Assembly (NCBI GenBank): GCA_963781885.1
Contig: CAWAHW010000005.1
Location: 160,001-224,000 of the forward strand
Reading direction: 5' to 3'
Source: an uncultured Spirochaetota bacterium
GTDB taxonomy: Bacteria > Spirochaetota > Spirochaetia > SZUA-6 > Fen-1364
DNA: 64,000 nt
Numbering within the stretch: position 1 is the stretch's first letter; every line of letters begins with the position of its first letter. The notes beneath the pieces are model-generated. The model made no database searches. It had not been told where the DNA came from and saw only the letters and a program-made list of their open reading frames with translations. A program made the position numbers and the translations under genes. Positions 38,484 through 48,058 of the stretch are shown here, piece by piece.

Positions 38484-40175
38484 ATGTCTGATCCCACCCC
38501 TCGGTCCCGGAGGATACACTTCCTCCGGGACGAGGTCTTCCGCAAGATCGCGGCCGGCGAGGTAATCGACCGGCCGTTTTCCATTGTGCGGGAGCTTCTG
38601 GATAACGCGATTGATGCGGGATCTGCATCCATCGACGTGCACCTGGAAGCGGGAGGGCTTTCGCGTGTCCGCGTCGTCGACGACGGCGCGGGCATGGACC
38701 GCGACGATCTTTCTCTCTGCTGGCAGCCGCACACGACCTCCAAGATCGACAGTGAGGACGACCTGCTGCGCGTCACCAGCCTGGGTTTCCGAGGGGAGGC
38801 CCTGGCGAGCATCGGCATGTGCAGCAGGCTGGAGATCGTGAGCAAAGTGCAGGGCCCGGGACCGGCGCACCGGCTGGAGGTCCGCGACGGCAGGCAAAGC
38901 GCGCTCGAGCCCTGCCAGGGCAAGCCGGGCACAACCGTGGACGTGTCGGAGCTTTTTTTCAATTACCCCGCGCGGAAGAAATTCCTCCGCAGCGCGTCGG
39001 CGGAATCCGGTCTGTGCCGGACGGCTTTTCTCGACAAGGCGGTTGCGCACCCTTCAATTGCATTTCGTCTCTTCATCGATGGCGCGCTGAAGATGTCCCT
39101 GCCCGCGGGCACGGCCGTGCAGAGGATTTCACTGGCCTATGAGCCCCTGATCGGCGCGGCGCCGCTCACGGCGTCGGAGGAGCGCGGGGCAGGGTTCACC
39201 GTGTCGGTCGTGGCCGGGGATCGCGAATTGCGCCGGCGCGACCGCAAGCTGTTGCAGGCATTCGTGAACGGCCGTCGGGTCTTCGAGTTTGCGCTTCTCC
39301 AGGCCGCGGAGTTCGGATTCGCGGGTGCCGTTCCCGGCGGCTGGCATCCCGCGGCGTTCATCTTCGTGCGCATCGACCCCTCTCTGGTGGACTTCAATAT
39401 CCACCCGGCCAAGAAAGAAGTCAGGTTCAGGAATCTCGCCGACGTGCACCACGCGGTCGTCGAAGCTGTGAGGAAACAGGCGGCTCCCGCGCCGCCGCAG
39501 GCGCCGGTCGCGCCTTCGCTCCGCTCCGCAGCTTCCGGCCAAGCTGCCATTTCCCGACCGCGCACGGAGCAAGAGCTTACGCTTCCCCTTGCACCCGACC
39601 CAGTGCCGTCTCCGCAGGCCGACGGTGCCGGCATACGCTATCTCGGCCAGGTGTTCGGCGTCTTCCTCGTCTTTGAGCTCCCGGACAGGCTCGTGATCAT
39701 GGATCAGCATGCCGCCCACGAGAGGATCCTTTTCGAGCGGCTGAGCGCACGAGCTCCGGCGATGCAGGACATGCTTTTTCCGCTTTGCTTCGACGTGTCG
39801 GAGGAGGAAGAGAGCCGGCTGGAAAGATCGGCAGCCGACCTGCTCGGGCTCGGCGTGGAGCTGCGCAAGGCCGGTCCGCGCGCCTTCGAGGTGACCGCCC
39901 TGGCGGAGCACTTCGCGTCAATACCCGAGGAGGCGCTTGTGGAGCTCATTCGCGGTGTCGGCGGCGAGGAATGGCAGTATGCTTTCCGCGCAACGGCGGC
40001 CTGCCGCATGGCGATCAAGGAAGGCGACCGCGTGGACCCCGTCACTGCCCGCGAGCTCTGCAGCCAGGCCCTGGAGCTGCCCGTGCCCCGCTGCCCTCAT
40101 GGCAGACCCATCTGGCACCAGCTGAGCGAGGAATCGCTGCGCCGGCTCGTCGATCGGCCGGTTGACCGTCGATGA
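38484..40175 (+). CDS. mutL: DNA mismatch repair endonuclease MutL
   Basis: IAAGEVIDRP, ELLDNAIDAG, GFRGEALAS, DFNIHPAKKEV, DQHAAHERILFE, ACR, CPHGRP. Confidence 0.97.
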   Translation: MSDPTPRSRRIHFLRDEVFRKIAAGEVIDRPFSIVRELLDNAIDAGSASIDVHLEAGGLSRVRVVDDGAGMDRDDLSLCWQPHTTSKIDSEDDLLRVTSLGFRGEALASIGMCSRLEIVSKVQGPGPAHRLEVRDGRQSALEPCQGKPGTTVDVSELFFNYPARKKFLRSASAESGLCRTAFLDKAVAHPSIAFRLFIDGALKMSLPAGTAVQRISLAYEPLIGAAPLTASEERGAGFTVSVVAGDRELRRRDRKLLQAFVNGRRVFEFALLQAAEFGFAGAVPGGWHPAAFIFVRIDPSLVDFNIHPAKKEVRFRNLADVHHAVVEAVRKQAAPAPPQAPVAPSLRSAASGQAAISRPRTEQELTLPLAPDPVPSPQADGAGIRYLGQVFGVFLVFELPDRLVIMDQHAAHERILFERLSARAPAMQDMLFPLCFDVSEEEESRLERSAADLLGLGVELRKAGPRAFEVTALAEHFASIPEEALVELIRGVGGEEWQYAFRATAACRMAIKEGDRVDPVTARELCSQALELPVPRCPHGRPIWHQLSEESLRRLVDRPVDRR

Positions 40176-40214
40176 CGGGTGGAAGCGGGGCCGGTGTCAG
40201 CGCACCCGCTCGGG

Positions 40215-42146
40215 CTATAGCTGGTGTAAAAGGCTCTGGGCCTCGTCCTTCAGCGACTGCTTGGGATTCTTCGCGATCAGCTTCGTGAGAAGGTCCTTGG
40301 CGTCCTTCGTGTTGTTTTCCTTCACGTAGACACGCGCCAGCTTGACGTAGACGTCCATATTCGTCGGATCCTTGCTCAGCACGTCGAGGAAGGCCGTCTT
40401 TGCGTCCGGCGTCTGGCCGTTCTCCGCGTAGGCGAGCCCCAGGTTGTATTCGGTCACCGTTGAGCTGGGCTGGATGGACAGCGCCTTGGAGAGATGCGTG
40501 ATGCTGTCCTGGTATTGCTGCTGGTGGAGGTAGACATTGCCCAGGTTATTCTGCACCTCGTACGATTCCGGCACGATCTGCTCTGCCGCCTGCAGCAAGG
40601 GCAACGCCTTATCCGCCATGCCTTTCGTGTCGTAGAGGGCGCCGAGGTTGATGAGGGCAGGGGAGAGCTTCGGGTCCTTCTGGACCGCAAGGGTGTAATA
40701 CTTCACCGCATCGTCGGCGTTTCCCAGCTTGTCGTTGACAAGACCCAGAACGTAGGTGCTCGACGCGGAGCCGCCGTCCTTGTCGACGGCCTTCTGGGCG
40801 TACGGCAGCGCCTCTCGCGCCTTGCCGAGCTTCACCTTGACCTGCGCCATGTTGTAGTTTGCGATGACGCTATCCGGTTCCAGCGTGAGCGCTTTCGTCA
40901 ATGTCGCCTCGGCCCCCGCGAAGTCGCCGCGCGCCATGTAGGCGGAACCAAGCTCGCGAGAATCAGCCGGCGTTGTCCGGCGCGAATTGCGCCGCCGACT
41001 TGAAGGAATCCAGCGCGCCCGCCGCATCGCCCTGGCCGCGCAGGAGGTAGCCGATCATGTAATAGGCGTCGGCGAAGTCCCTCTTGGTCGCGATGGCAGC
41101 CTTGAAGGCGCCGATCGCTTTCGTCGTGTCCCCGAGCTGCACGAGCGTCATGCCGCGGTTGAAATGCGCCGAGGTGAAATCGGGCTTCAGCGCCACGCAG
41201 GCCTCGAAGGATTTCTGCGCATCGGTGAAGAGCTTTGCACGGTACTGCAGCTTGCCCAGCGCGTAGAGGGAATCCGCGTCACTGGGATTCAGGCGGACCG
41301 CGGTCTGGTATTCCTTCATGGCCTGGTCGGAAAGCTTGCGGGCATCGTATATCTCGCCCAGAGTCTTGTGCGGCACCCAGTTGTCGGGGTTTTTTGCAAT
41401 AGCCGCGTTCGAAAAGTCCACTGCCTTCTGGACATTTGCCGGGTCAGAGGGATTTTCCCTCAGGTAGGAGAGACCCGCATAGCCAAGGGCGTCGGAATTG
41501 TCGGGTGCGAGCCCGGCGGCCTGCTCAAAGTCCTTCCTGGCTTCCGTGTAGCGGCCGGCGTTGAAGGCAGCGCCGCCCTTCTGCATGAGATCCGCAACTT
41601 TCTTCTGCAGCTCCTTTTCCTTCGCCGATGCGTCGTCCGGCGGCTTCACGGGCTGCTGCACGACGATCTGCTGGGGCTGACCGTTCTTGAGGGAGTCGCC
41701 CAGCCTCGCGAGGCTCGCCTTCAGCTGGTCCTGCTGCGCCTGCAGGGCGGCAAGCTCGTTCTGCTTGGCGGCATCGTCGGCTGCTTTCTTCTTCGCAAGG
41801 ATGTCGTCCAGGGCCGCCTTGACGCGAGGGTCGTCTATTTTCAAGGTGTCAAGAACGTTGAGCGCGCGGTCGTAGTCCCCTTCCCGGCGTAGTAATCGGC
41901 GAGCTTCAGGCCGTCGTCCACCCGGGAGGCCGCCGCGTGGCCGCTCACGATCACGCCGACACCGACCCCGGCGCCGGCAAGGACCACGAGGCCGATGATG
42001 AGGCCGATCACGAGCGGACGGGAGAGGCGCGCCCGTTCCGGGCCTTTCTTCCGCGGTGAACGCGGGCTCGCGGAGGCGCGCCCCGTTTTTGCAGCAGCGG
42101 CACGGCCCGCGGTGGACGCCTTGATGAGGGGTATTTTCTGCTGCAT
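40215..42146 (-). CDS. Membrane-anchored multi-TPR protein (frameshifts near 41880 and 40965)
   Basis: N-terminal TM, coiled coil, then many TPRs across three consecutive ORFs (41841..42146, 40963..41844, 40215..41027). Confidence 0.8.
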
Positions 42147-42148
42147 CG

Positions 42149-42829
42149 TTAATCCTTGATGTCGACGCTGACGGGATCGCTCTGGCCGTTGATGGACTCG
42201 ACGCTCAGGTTTTTTGTCGCATCCCCGGCATTCTTGAGACTGTTCTGGACGTCGTTCATGAGCGCCTGTTGCTTGGCGACCTCCGCGAGGCGCGCCTTTT
42301 CCTTGTCATCCTGCGCCTTGCGCAGGAGGGCCATCACCTTTTCGATGTTCGGCCGCTGGGGATCCTGCGGCGAAAGCTGGAGGAAGAGCGTGTAGTCGGC
42401 GAGCGCGCCGTCGAAGTTGCCCAACTGCAGGCGGGAATTGGCCCTGTTGAGGTAGCCGTCGGAAAGCCCCTTGTTCGCGGCCAGCGCATTTGAGTACATG
42501 TCTTCCGCGAACGTGAACTCCTTGCGGGAGAAGAAATCGTTTCCCATGTTGAAATAGAACAGATCCTTGTACGCCGATGCCACCGGGAGCCCCTGCTTGA
42601 GGATGTCGATCGACTTCTGCGCGTCGCCGAGCTGCTGGTAGATGATACCGAGGTACAGATAGGTCTTTTCGTTGGAAGGGTCGTCATTCAGCGCGCTTTC
42701 AAGCAGCGGGCGGGCATCCTGCGGCTTGTTCTGGACGTACAGCGCCTCGCCCTTGTCGAAGAACTCGGAGGAACCGAATGCGCCCGACCCGACGACGATC
42801 AGGGCAAGGACAAGAGCAATCCGTTTCAT
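42149..42829 (-). CDS. Exported TPR protein
   Basis: Signal peptide MKRIALVLALIVVGSGAFG; 4-5 TPR motifs. Confidence 0.85.
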   Translation of the reverse strand: MKRIALVLALIVVGSGAFGSSEFFDKGEALYVQNKPQDARPLLESALNDDPSNEKTYLYLGIIYQQLGDAQKSIDILKQGLPVASAYKDLFYFNMGNDFFSRKEFTFAEDMYSNALAANKGLSDGYLNRANSRLQLGNFDGALADYTLFLQLSPQDPQRPNIEKVMALLRKAQDDKEKARLAEVAKQQALMNDVQNSLKNAGDATKNLSVESINGQSDPVSVDIKD

Positions 42830-42967
42830 CGCGTTCCCCCCCCTACAAATATAGCGCAGCGGAGACAACCTGTCGCCTGCCGCGCACCCCCGGGACGCGG
42901 CCGCAACGGCCCTTACTCTATCGTCGGTCGGGAAAGGGGATGCGTGAAGCGCTTTCAGGCCTTCGAA

Positions 42968-43252
42968 TCAGGCCCTGTTGCCCTCAAGCGTGCGGTTCTC
43001 CCGCGGACCGTCCTGGAGCGCCTGATGGATGTAGTCCACGGTGTCCGCGACGGACAGGAGGCGCTCGGCCGAATCGTCCGGGATATTGATCCCGAATGCC
43101 TCCTCCAGCTCGTAGACGATCTCAGCGACATCGAGGGAGTCCAGTCCCAGGTCGAGCTTCAGATTCTTGTCGGGCGTGAAGGCGCTTCTTTCCGCGGCGC
43201 TGTGCCGGGATAGAATGTCGATCAGCTTCTCCTCGATCTCCCGTCTGTCCAT
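42968..43252 (-). CDS. acpP: Acyl carrier protein
   Basis: DLGLDSLDVAEIVYELEEAFGINIPD with phosphopantetheine Ser; SD GGAGG. Confidence 0.9.
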   Translation of the reverse strand: MDRREIEEKLIDILSRHSAAERSAFTPDKNLKLDLGLDSLDVAEIVYELEEAFGINIPDDSAERLLSVADTVDYIHQALQDGPRENRTLEGNRA

Positions 43253-43405
43253 ACTGCCCTCCTGAGGGTGGTACCGGTCATTTATAGCGCGGCCCTGCCG
43301 TCCGTGTCAAAGCGCCCCGGCCGGTGGCGCACGACGGGGGGGGCGGGCGGTCGCGGGCCCGCGTTGCACCCCTCCGGCTCTTTCACTATATTCTTATGCC
43401 GACAC

Positions 43406-44065
43406 ATGAGACTCCTCTGTATTGCCGATCACGTCGATCCCGTCATCTACAGCTCCGGCCTCAAGCAGCGCTACGGGAAGGTGGACCTTGTGCTGAGCGC
43501 GGGGGACCTGACGCTCGGGTACTACGATTTCATTGTGAGCACGCTGAACAAGCCCCTCCTGTTCGTCTTCGGCAATCACCACCTCGAGCAACGGCAGGCC
43601 TATCGCGCGAAATACGACCCTTTCCAGGGAAGGGACGCCCTGGAGCACAGCGTCGGCGCCACGTGCCTGGAGGGCAAGGTCATGCGGGTCGCCGGGCTCA
43701 CGCTTGCGGGGCTGGGGGGAAGCATCTGGTACAATGGCGGGGAGAACCAGTACACCGACGTCGGCATGTTCCTGACCATGCTCCGCCTCATCCCGGGCAT
43801 GCTCTGGCACCGTGTCTTTCACGGCAGATTCCTCGACGTCCTCCTCACCCATTCGCCGCCCTATGGCATCAACGATCTCCCGGATCCCTGTCACACGGGG
43901 TTTCGCGTCCTCCTCTGGTTCATGCGGACCTTCAAGCCGCGCTACCTCATCCATGGCCACGTCCATCTCTACGACCGCAACGCGTCGCGGGAAGCCCGCT
44001 ACGCGGCGACGACCATCATCAATGCGTACGACCACATCGTCCTCGACCTGGAGAAAGCGCCATGA
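43406..44065 (+). CDS. Metallophosphoesterase
   Basis: ADH, AGDL, FGNH, THSPP, HGHVH. Confidence 0.85.
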   Translation: MRLLCIADHVDPVIYSSGLKQRYGKVDLVLSAGDLTLGYYDFIVSTLNKPLLFVFGNHHLEQRQAYRAKYDPFQGRDALEHSVGATCLEGKVMRVAGLTLAGLGGSIWYNGGENQYTDVGMFLTMLRLIPGMLWHRVFHGRFLDVLLTHSPPYGINDLPDPCHTGFRVLLWFMRTFKPRYLIHGHVHLYDRNASREARYAATTIINAYDHIVLDLEKAP

Positions 44066-44991
44066 ACGACACCCTGTACACCTCGATGGCCCGCACGGAC
44101 TTCGGTCGGCTGCGGACGCGCGAAACCCTCATGCGCATCGTGTCGCTCTTCAAGGCGCAGCGCGACGAGATGCTTTCCCTGGGGGACGTCCGCTCCATCC
44201 TGCGGCCCGCCTCCGAGACCTACCGGGGAATGCGGACGGTGCCCATCGACAAGATCGTGGGGAGCGAGGGGCGGTTCAAGGACTTTAACAAGGCCTTCCT
44301 GCCGCGGCACGACAAGATGGCGCGCCGCTGGATGCGCGTCGATATGGCCCACTACCAGAACGTCGTGCTGCCGCCCATCAGCGTCTTCGAGATCGGCGGC
44401 GTCTACTTCGTGCGCGACGGCAACCATCGCGTGTCGGTGGCAAAGTCGCAGGGCGCCGAGTTCATCGACGCGGAGGTCGTCTCCCTCGCGTCGAAAATCG
44501 CCCTCACGCCCGCCATGAGCCGGGAGGAGATGAAGCGCGCCGTCGTCGCCTTCGAGAGGAGGAGCTTCTTCGAGGAAACGCATCTGGACAGGCTCCGCCC
44601 CGATTGCGACATTTCGTTCACCGAGGTGGGCCGCTACGACGAGCTCCTGACGCACATCCGCGAGCATAAGTGGTACATCAATTTGAAAAAGGCGGAGGAG
44701 ATCCCCTTCGACAAGGCCGCGCTGTCCTGGTACGACAACGTCTATTTCCCGATTGTCCGCATCGTGCGCGAATCGCGGGTGCTCGCCCGGTTTCCGCGGG
44801 CCACCGAGGCGGACCTCTACGTGTACGTGGGTCGTCATTGGAGCGAGCTCATCAAGCGCTACGGACCGCTTTTCACGCTGGAAGAGGCGGCGGAGGACTT
44901 CACGATCCCGCCGCGCGCGCACGGGTTCGTCACAGCGCTGGGGTCCGCGGCCGGCCGGGTGGCCGCGCTGTTCAGGCGCCGCGGCGGCTAG
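44062..44991 (+). CDS. ParB/Srx-like N-terminal domain plus DUF4032-like helical domain protein
   Basis: IVGSEGR..DF, LPPISV, YFVRDGNHRVSVAK; C-terminal HIREHKWY..WYDNVY.P..EADLY; ATGA overlap with the upstream gene. Confidence 0.75.
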   Translation: MNDTLYTSMARTDFGRLRTRETLMRIVSLFKAQRDEMLSLGDVRSILRPASETYRGMRTVPIDKIVGSEGRFKDFNKAFLPRHDKMARRWMRVDMAHYQNVVLPPISVFEIGGVYFVRDGNHRVSVAKSQGAEFIDAEVVSLASKIALTPAMSREEMKRAVVAFERRSFFEETHLDRLRPDCDISFTEVGRYDELLTHIREHKWYINLKKAEEIPFDKAALSWYDNVYFPIVRIVRESRVLARFPRATEADLYVYVGRHWSELIKRYGPLFTLEEAAEDFTIPPRAHGFVTALGSAAGRVAALFRRRGG

Positions 44992-45362
44992 GCGCCCCGG
45001 ATGAAGGCGGCGTAGGCGTCCTCGTCCAGGAGCAGATCGAGCTCCATGGGATCCGACATCTCGATCGCGAAGAGCCAGCCGTCGCCCAGCGGGTCGCGGT
45101 TGACGAGGATGTAGTTCTCCTCCGCGGAGAGCGCGGCATTCACCTCCACGATGGTGCCCGTGACGGGGGCGTAGATCTCGCTGGAGGATTTCAGGGAATC
45201 GACCGTGCAGGCCACGTCGCCGCGCTGAACGGCCGTGCCGGCGGCGGGAAGCTCGATGTAGGCGATTTCGCCCAGCTCGCCCTGCGCGAAGTCGGAGATG
45301 CCCACCCGCGCGCGCGTGCCGTCCACGGCGATCCAGGTGTGATCCTTCGAATAGCGCCGCAT
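44988..45362 (-). CDS. gcvH: Glycine cleavage H protein (lipoyl carrier)
   Basis: YSKDHTWI, GISDFAQGELG, lipoyl Lys in DSLKSSSEIYAPVTG, NRDPLGDGWL. Confidence 0.92.
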   Translation of the reverse strand: MRRYSKDHTWIAVDGTRARVGISDFAQGELGEIAYIELPAAGTAVQRGDVACTVDSLKSSSEIYAPVTGTIVEVNAALSAEENYILVNRDPLGDGWLFAIEMSDPMELDLLLDEDAYAAFIRGA

Positions 45363-45374
45363 GCCTGCCCCTCC

Positions 45375-47846
45375 TCAGTCCAGAAGCGGGTTGGCGCCGG
45401 GCGCCGCGGCCGTGCCGGTGTTGTCGGGGGCTGGCGTCCCCTGATCGGTCGCGGGGGGGGTGTCGAACGTGCTCCCCAGCGAGTTGCGCAGGTTGTCCAG
45501 CGTCTCGTTCGTCTGGTCGGCGTTGTACTGCTCGATCTCGTCGAATGTCTTCGGCTCGGTGCCGGTGAGGAAGATCTCCGTGATCTTTTTTGTCGTCGCA
45601 GCCGTGGGGAGGAGCCCGCTCACGGCGCTCACCTGGACGCTCACGAGACCCGTTTCCGGCTTGGCAAACTGGCGGATGGGAAGGTCCTTGTGGATGATCT
45701 TGTTGTACTGACCCCACACCGGGCCCGCCTTCAGCCCGCCCGTGATGGACGTGCCCATCGAGGTGTTGCCGTCGTCAAAACCGAAGTACAGCGCCGTGGT
45801 CACGTACGGCGAGAATCCCACGGTCCACGCATCTTCCCAGTTCTGCGTCGTCCCGCTCTTGCCCGCAAAGGGCTGCGCCTTGTCGTTCCAGATGTCGAGC
45901 ACCTGGCCGGCTCCCGTGAGCGTTCCCTCGCGGAGCGTGCTCTGCAGGATGCTCGTCATGATGTAGGCGGTCTGCGGGCTCATGACCTGCGCGGCATCGC
46001 CTTTGCGGTTCTCCATCGCGAGGGCTTCCTTGGCAGGCTCCAGGATGACCTTGCCGTCGCGGTCTTCAATGTAGCGGATGGCGACCGGCTCCACCTCCCT
46101 GCCGCCGTTGGCAAAAATCGAGTACGCGCGCGCCATTTCCAGCGGGCTCACGTAGGTCACGCCGAGCCCGAGCGGGTAGTACCGGGGGAAGCGCTTGTCG
46201 ATCTCCGCCGGGTCCGTCACGCCGAGCATCCGGCTGGCCCTCTGGATGGCGGCGTCGAAGCCGATGCCGTCGAGAATCTTGAGCGACGGGACGTTCATGG
46301 ATTCCGCGAGCGCGTTGCGGAGGAGAACCCTGCCGTGCCACGTGCCCTGGTAGTTCTGGGGCTCGTAGGTCGTGCCGTCCGCCTTCGTGAAGATCACCGG
46401 CGCGTCCAGGATCATGCTCGCGGCGGTGAACTTGCGCGAGTCGATGGCCGCGGAATAGTACAGGGGTTTGAAGGTGGACCCCGGCTGCACCCGTGACTGC
46501 GAGGCGCGGTTGAACTGGTCGCCGCGGGAGAACTGCCGCCCGCCGACCATGGCGAGGATGTAGCCATTGCCGGGATCCATGGAGACGAGCGCCCCCTGGA
46601 TCTGCGTCTTGCGCGTTACGGCGAGCGACGTGTCGATGCCGGCCGAGACGATGTCCTCCGCCTTTGTCAGGCCGAACAGGGACGAGACGATCTCCACCAC
46701 CGGGGCGATGTTCGTGGAGTATTCGCGCTTCGCATTGCCCGTCGCGTTGCGGTTGCGGATCATCAGGTCGTCGATGTCGAACGTGAAACCCAGCATGTCC
46801 ACGAGGGGGAGGAAAAGGCTGTTCGTGGAGGCGAGCTTCGTGCCCGCCGTCTTCAGGTACGTGTCGTTGACGTCGTCGATACCCTTCGCCATCTGGTCAT
46901 CGGCCGCTTTCTGGTAGTCGAGATTGAGCGTCGTGTGGACCACCAGGCCGTCCTTCAGGTAGTCATAGCCGCCCACGAGCAGGTCATCGAGCTTGCTCCG
47001 CACGTATTCGCTGAAATACGGCGCCTTGTCCTCACGGTCGAGGAAGGCGCTGGAGTTCGCGCGGGTGAAATCGTACTTGTCCCAGAACTCATTGTAGGAA
47101 TCGTCCGCCTGCTTCCGCGTCACGTACCCCAGCCGCACCATGCTGTCCAGCGTGTCCTTCTGGAGCTTGCGGGCGCGCTGGGGGTTGCGGATGGGCGAGT
47201 TGGCCGTGGGGCTGGAGAGCTGCACGACGAGCATGACCGATTCTGCCAGGGTGTCATTCCAGACGTCGTGCTTGAAGAAGAACTTGCTGGCGGCCTGAAC
47301 GCCGACGTTGCCGTGTCCGAAGGGCATCTCGTTGAGATACATCTCCAGTATCTCGTCCTTGGTGTAGCGCCTTTCCATCTGGACGGCCCACCAGAGCTCC
47401 GCGAGCTTGCGCTTGATCGTGATATCGCGCCGCGCCTGATGCAGCTGGCCCGCGAGCTCCTGCGTGATGGTGCTGCCACCGGAGACGTATCGCCCGGTGG
47501 CGATGTTGAAGCCGGCGCGCAGCAGGCCTTTGATATCGAAACCGTGGTGATGGTAGAAGTTCCTGTCCTCGCGCGTGACCACGGCGTCCTGCAGGTACTT
47601 CGGGATCTGGTCGATCGTCACCGGCTCCCTGTTCTGGTCGCCGAAGAACTCTGTGATCTCACGATCGTTGATATCGAGGATTTTCGTGGGCAGCACCGCC
47701 GCCGGATCGCTGAACTGCTCCATGGCGGAGGCGTTGTGCGTTGCGGCAAGGGCAAAACCAAGCAGAACACCCAGGACGATGGCAACCGCGAAGGACGAAA
47801 TCAGAAGGATTTCAAAAACAGATCTCTTTTTCGGGCGTGGTCGCAC
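45375..47846 (-). CDS. Class A penicillin-binding protein (PBP1A)
   Basis: TG motifs EDRNFYHHHG, GGSTITQEL, RKLAE; TP motifs STFK, SMN, KSG. GTG 47846 chosen from the promoter position. Confidence 0.93.
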   Translation of the reverse strand: MRPRPKKRSVFEILLISSFAVAIVLGVLLGFALAATHNASAMEQFSDPAAVLPTKILDINDREITEFFGDQNREPVTIDQIPKYLQDAVVTREDRNFYHHHGFDIKGLLRAGFNIATGRYVSGGSTITQELAGQLHQARRDITIKRKLAELWWAVQMERRYTKDEILEMYLNEMPFGHGNVGVQAASKFFFKHDVWNDTLAESVMLVVQLSSPTANSPIRNPQRARKLQKDTLDSMVRLGYVTRKQADDSYNEFWDKYDFTRANSSAFLDREDKAPYFSEYVRSKLDDLLVGGYDYLKDGLVVHTTLNLDYQKAADDQMAKGIDDVNDTYLKTAGTKLASTNSLFLPLVDMLGFTFDIDDLMIRNRNATGNAKREYSTNIAPVVEIVSSLFGLTKAEDIVSAGIDTSLAVTRKTQIQGALVSMDPGNGYILAMVGGRQFSRGDQFNRASQSRVQPGSTFKPLYYSAAIDSRKFTAASMILDAPVIFTKADGTTYEPQNYQGTWHGRVLLRNALAESMNVPSLKILDGIGFDAAIQRASRMLGVTDPAEIDKRFPRYYPLGLGVTYVSPLEMARAYSIFANGGREVEPVAIRYIEDRDGKVILEPAKEALAMENRKGDAAQVMSPQTAYIMTSILQSTLREGTLTGAGQVLDIWNDKAQPFAGKSGTTQNWEDAWTVGFSPYVTTALYFGFDDGNTSMGTSITGGLKAGPVWGQYNKIIHKDLPIRQFAKPETGLVSVQVSAVSGLLPTAATTKKITEIFLTGTEPKTFDEIEQYNADQTNETLDNLRNSLGSTFDTPPATDQGTPAPDNTGTAAAPGANPLLD

Positions 47847-47852
47847 AAAAAA

Positions 47853-47881
47853 AGGATACGGGTGGGGGGAGGCTTTGTCAA
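47853..47881 (-). promoter_or_regulatory. Sigma70 promoter giving a putative leaderless PBP1A mRNA
   Basis: TTGACA-17-TATCCT-6nt-GTG. Confidence 0.65.
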
Positions 47882-47910
47882 CGGGTGGCGTTGCGCGGCA
47901 GGGCGTCGGC

Positions 47911-47944
47911 AAAAAAAGAGGCCGGCTCCCGAAGGCGCCGGCCT
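47911..47944 (-). terminator. Rho-independent terminator
   Basis: AGGCCGGCGCC-TTCG-GGAGCCGGCCT-C-T7 on the minus strand. Confidence 0.85.
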
Positions 47945-48029
47945 ACCTGGTGTGGTGTCTTCCGACATAGTAAACTGGGAGGGGAACTATATCTTGGACA
48001 CCAACACCTTTCTTATCGTCACCCGATTA
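47911..48029 (-). ncRNA. Candidate sRNA with C-rich (anti-SD-like) loop
   Basis: Long hairpin 48008-47949 with loop TTCCCCTCCCAGTTTA, followed by the terminator; possible -10 TAAAGT at 48041-48036. Confidence 0.45.
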
Positions 48030-48058
48030 CCCTAAACTTTAGCCCAATATCGCCCTCA

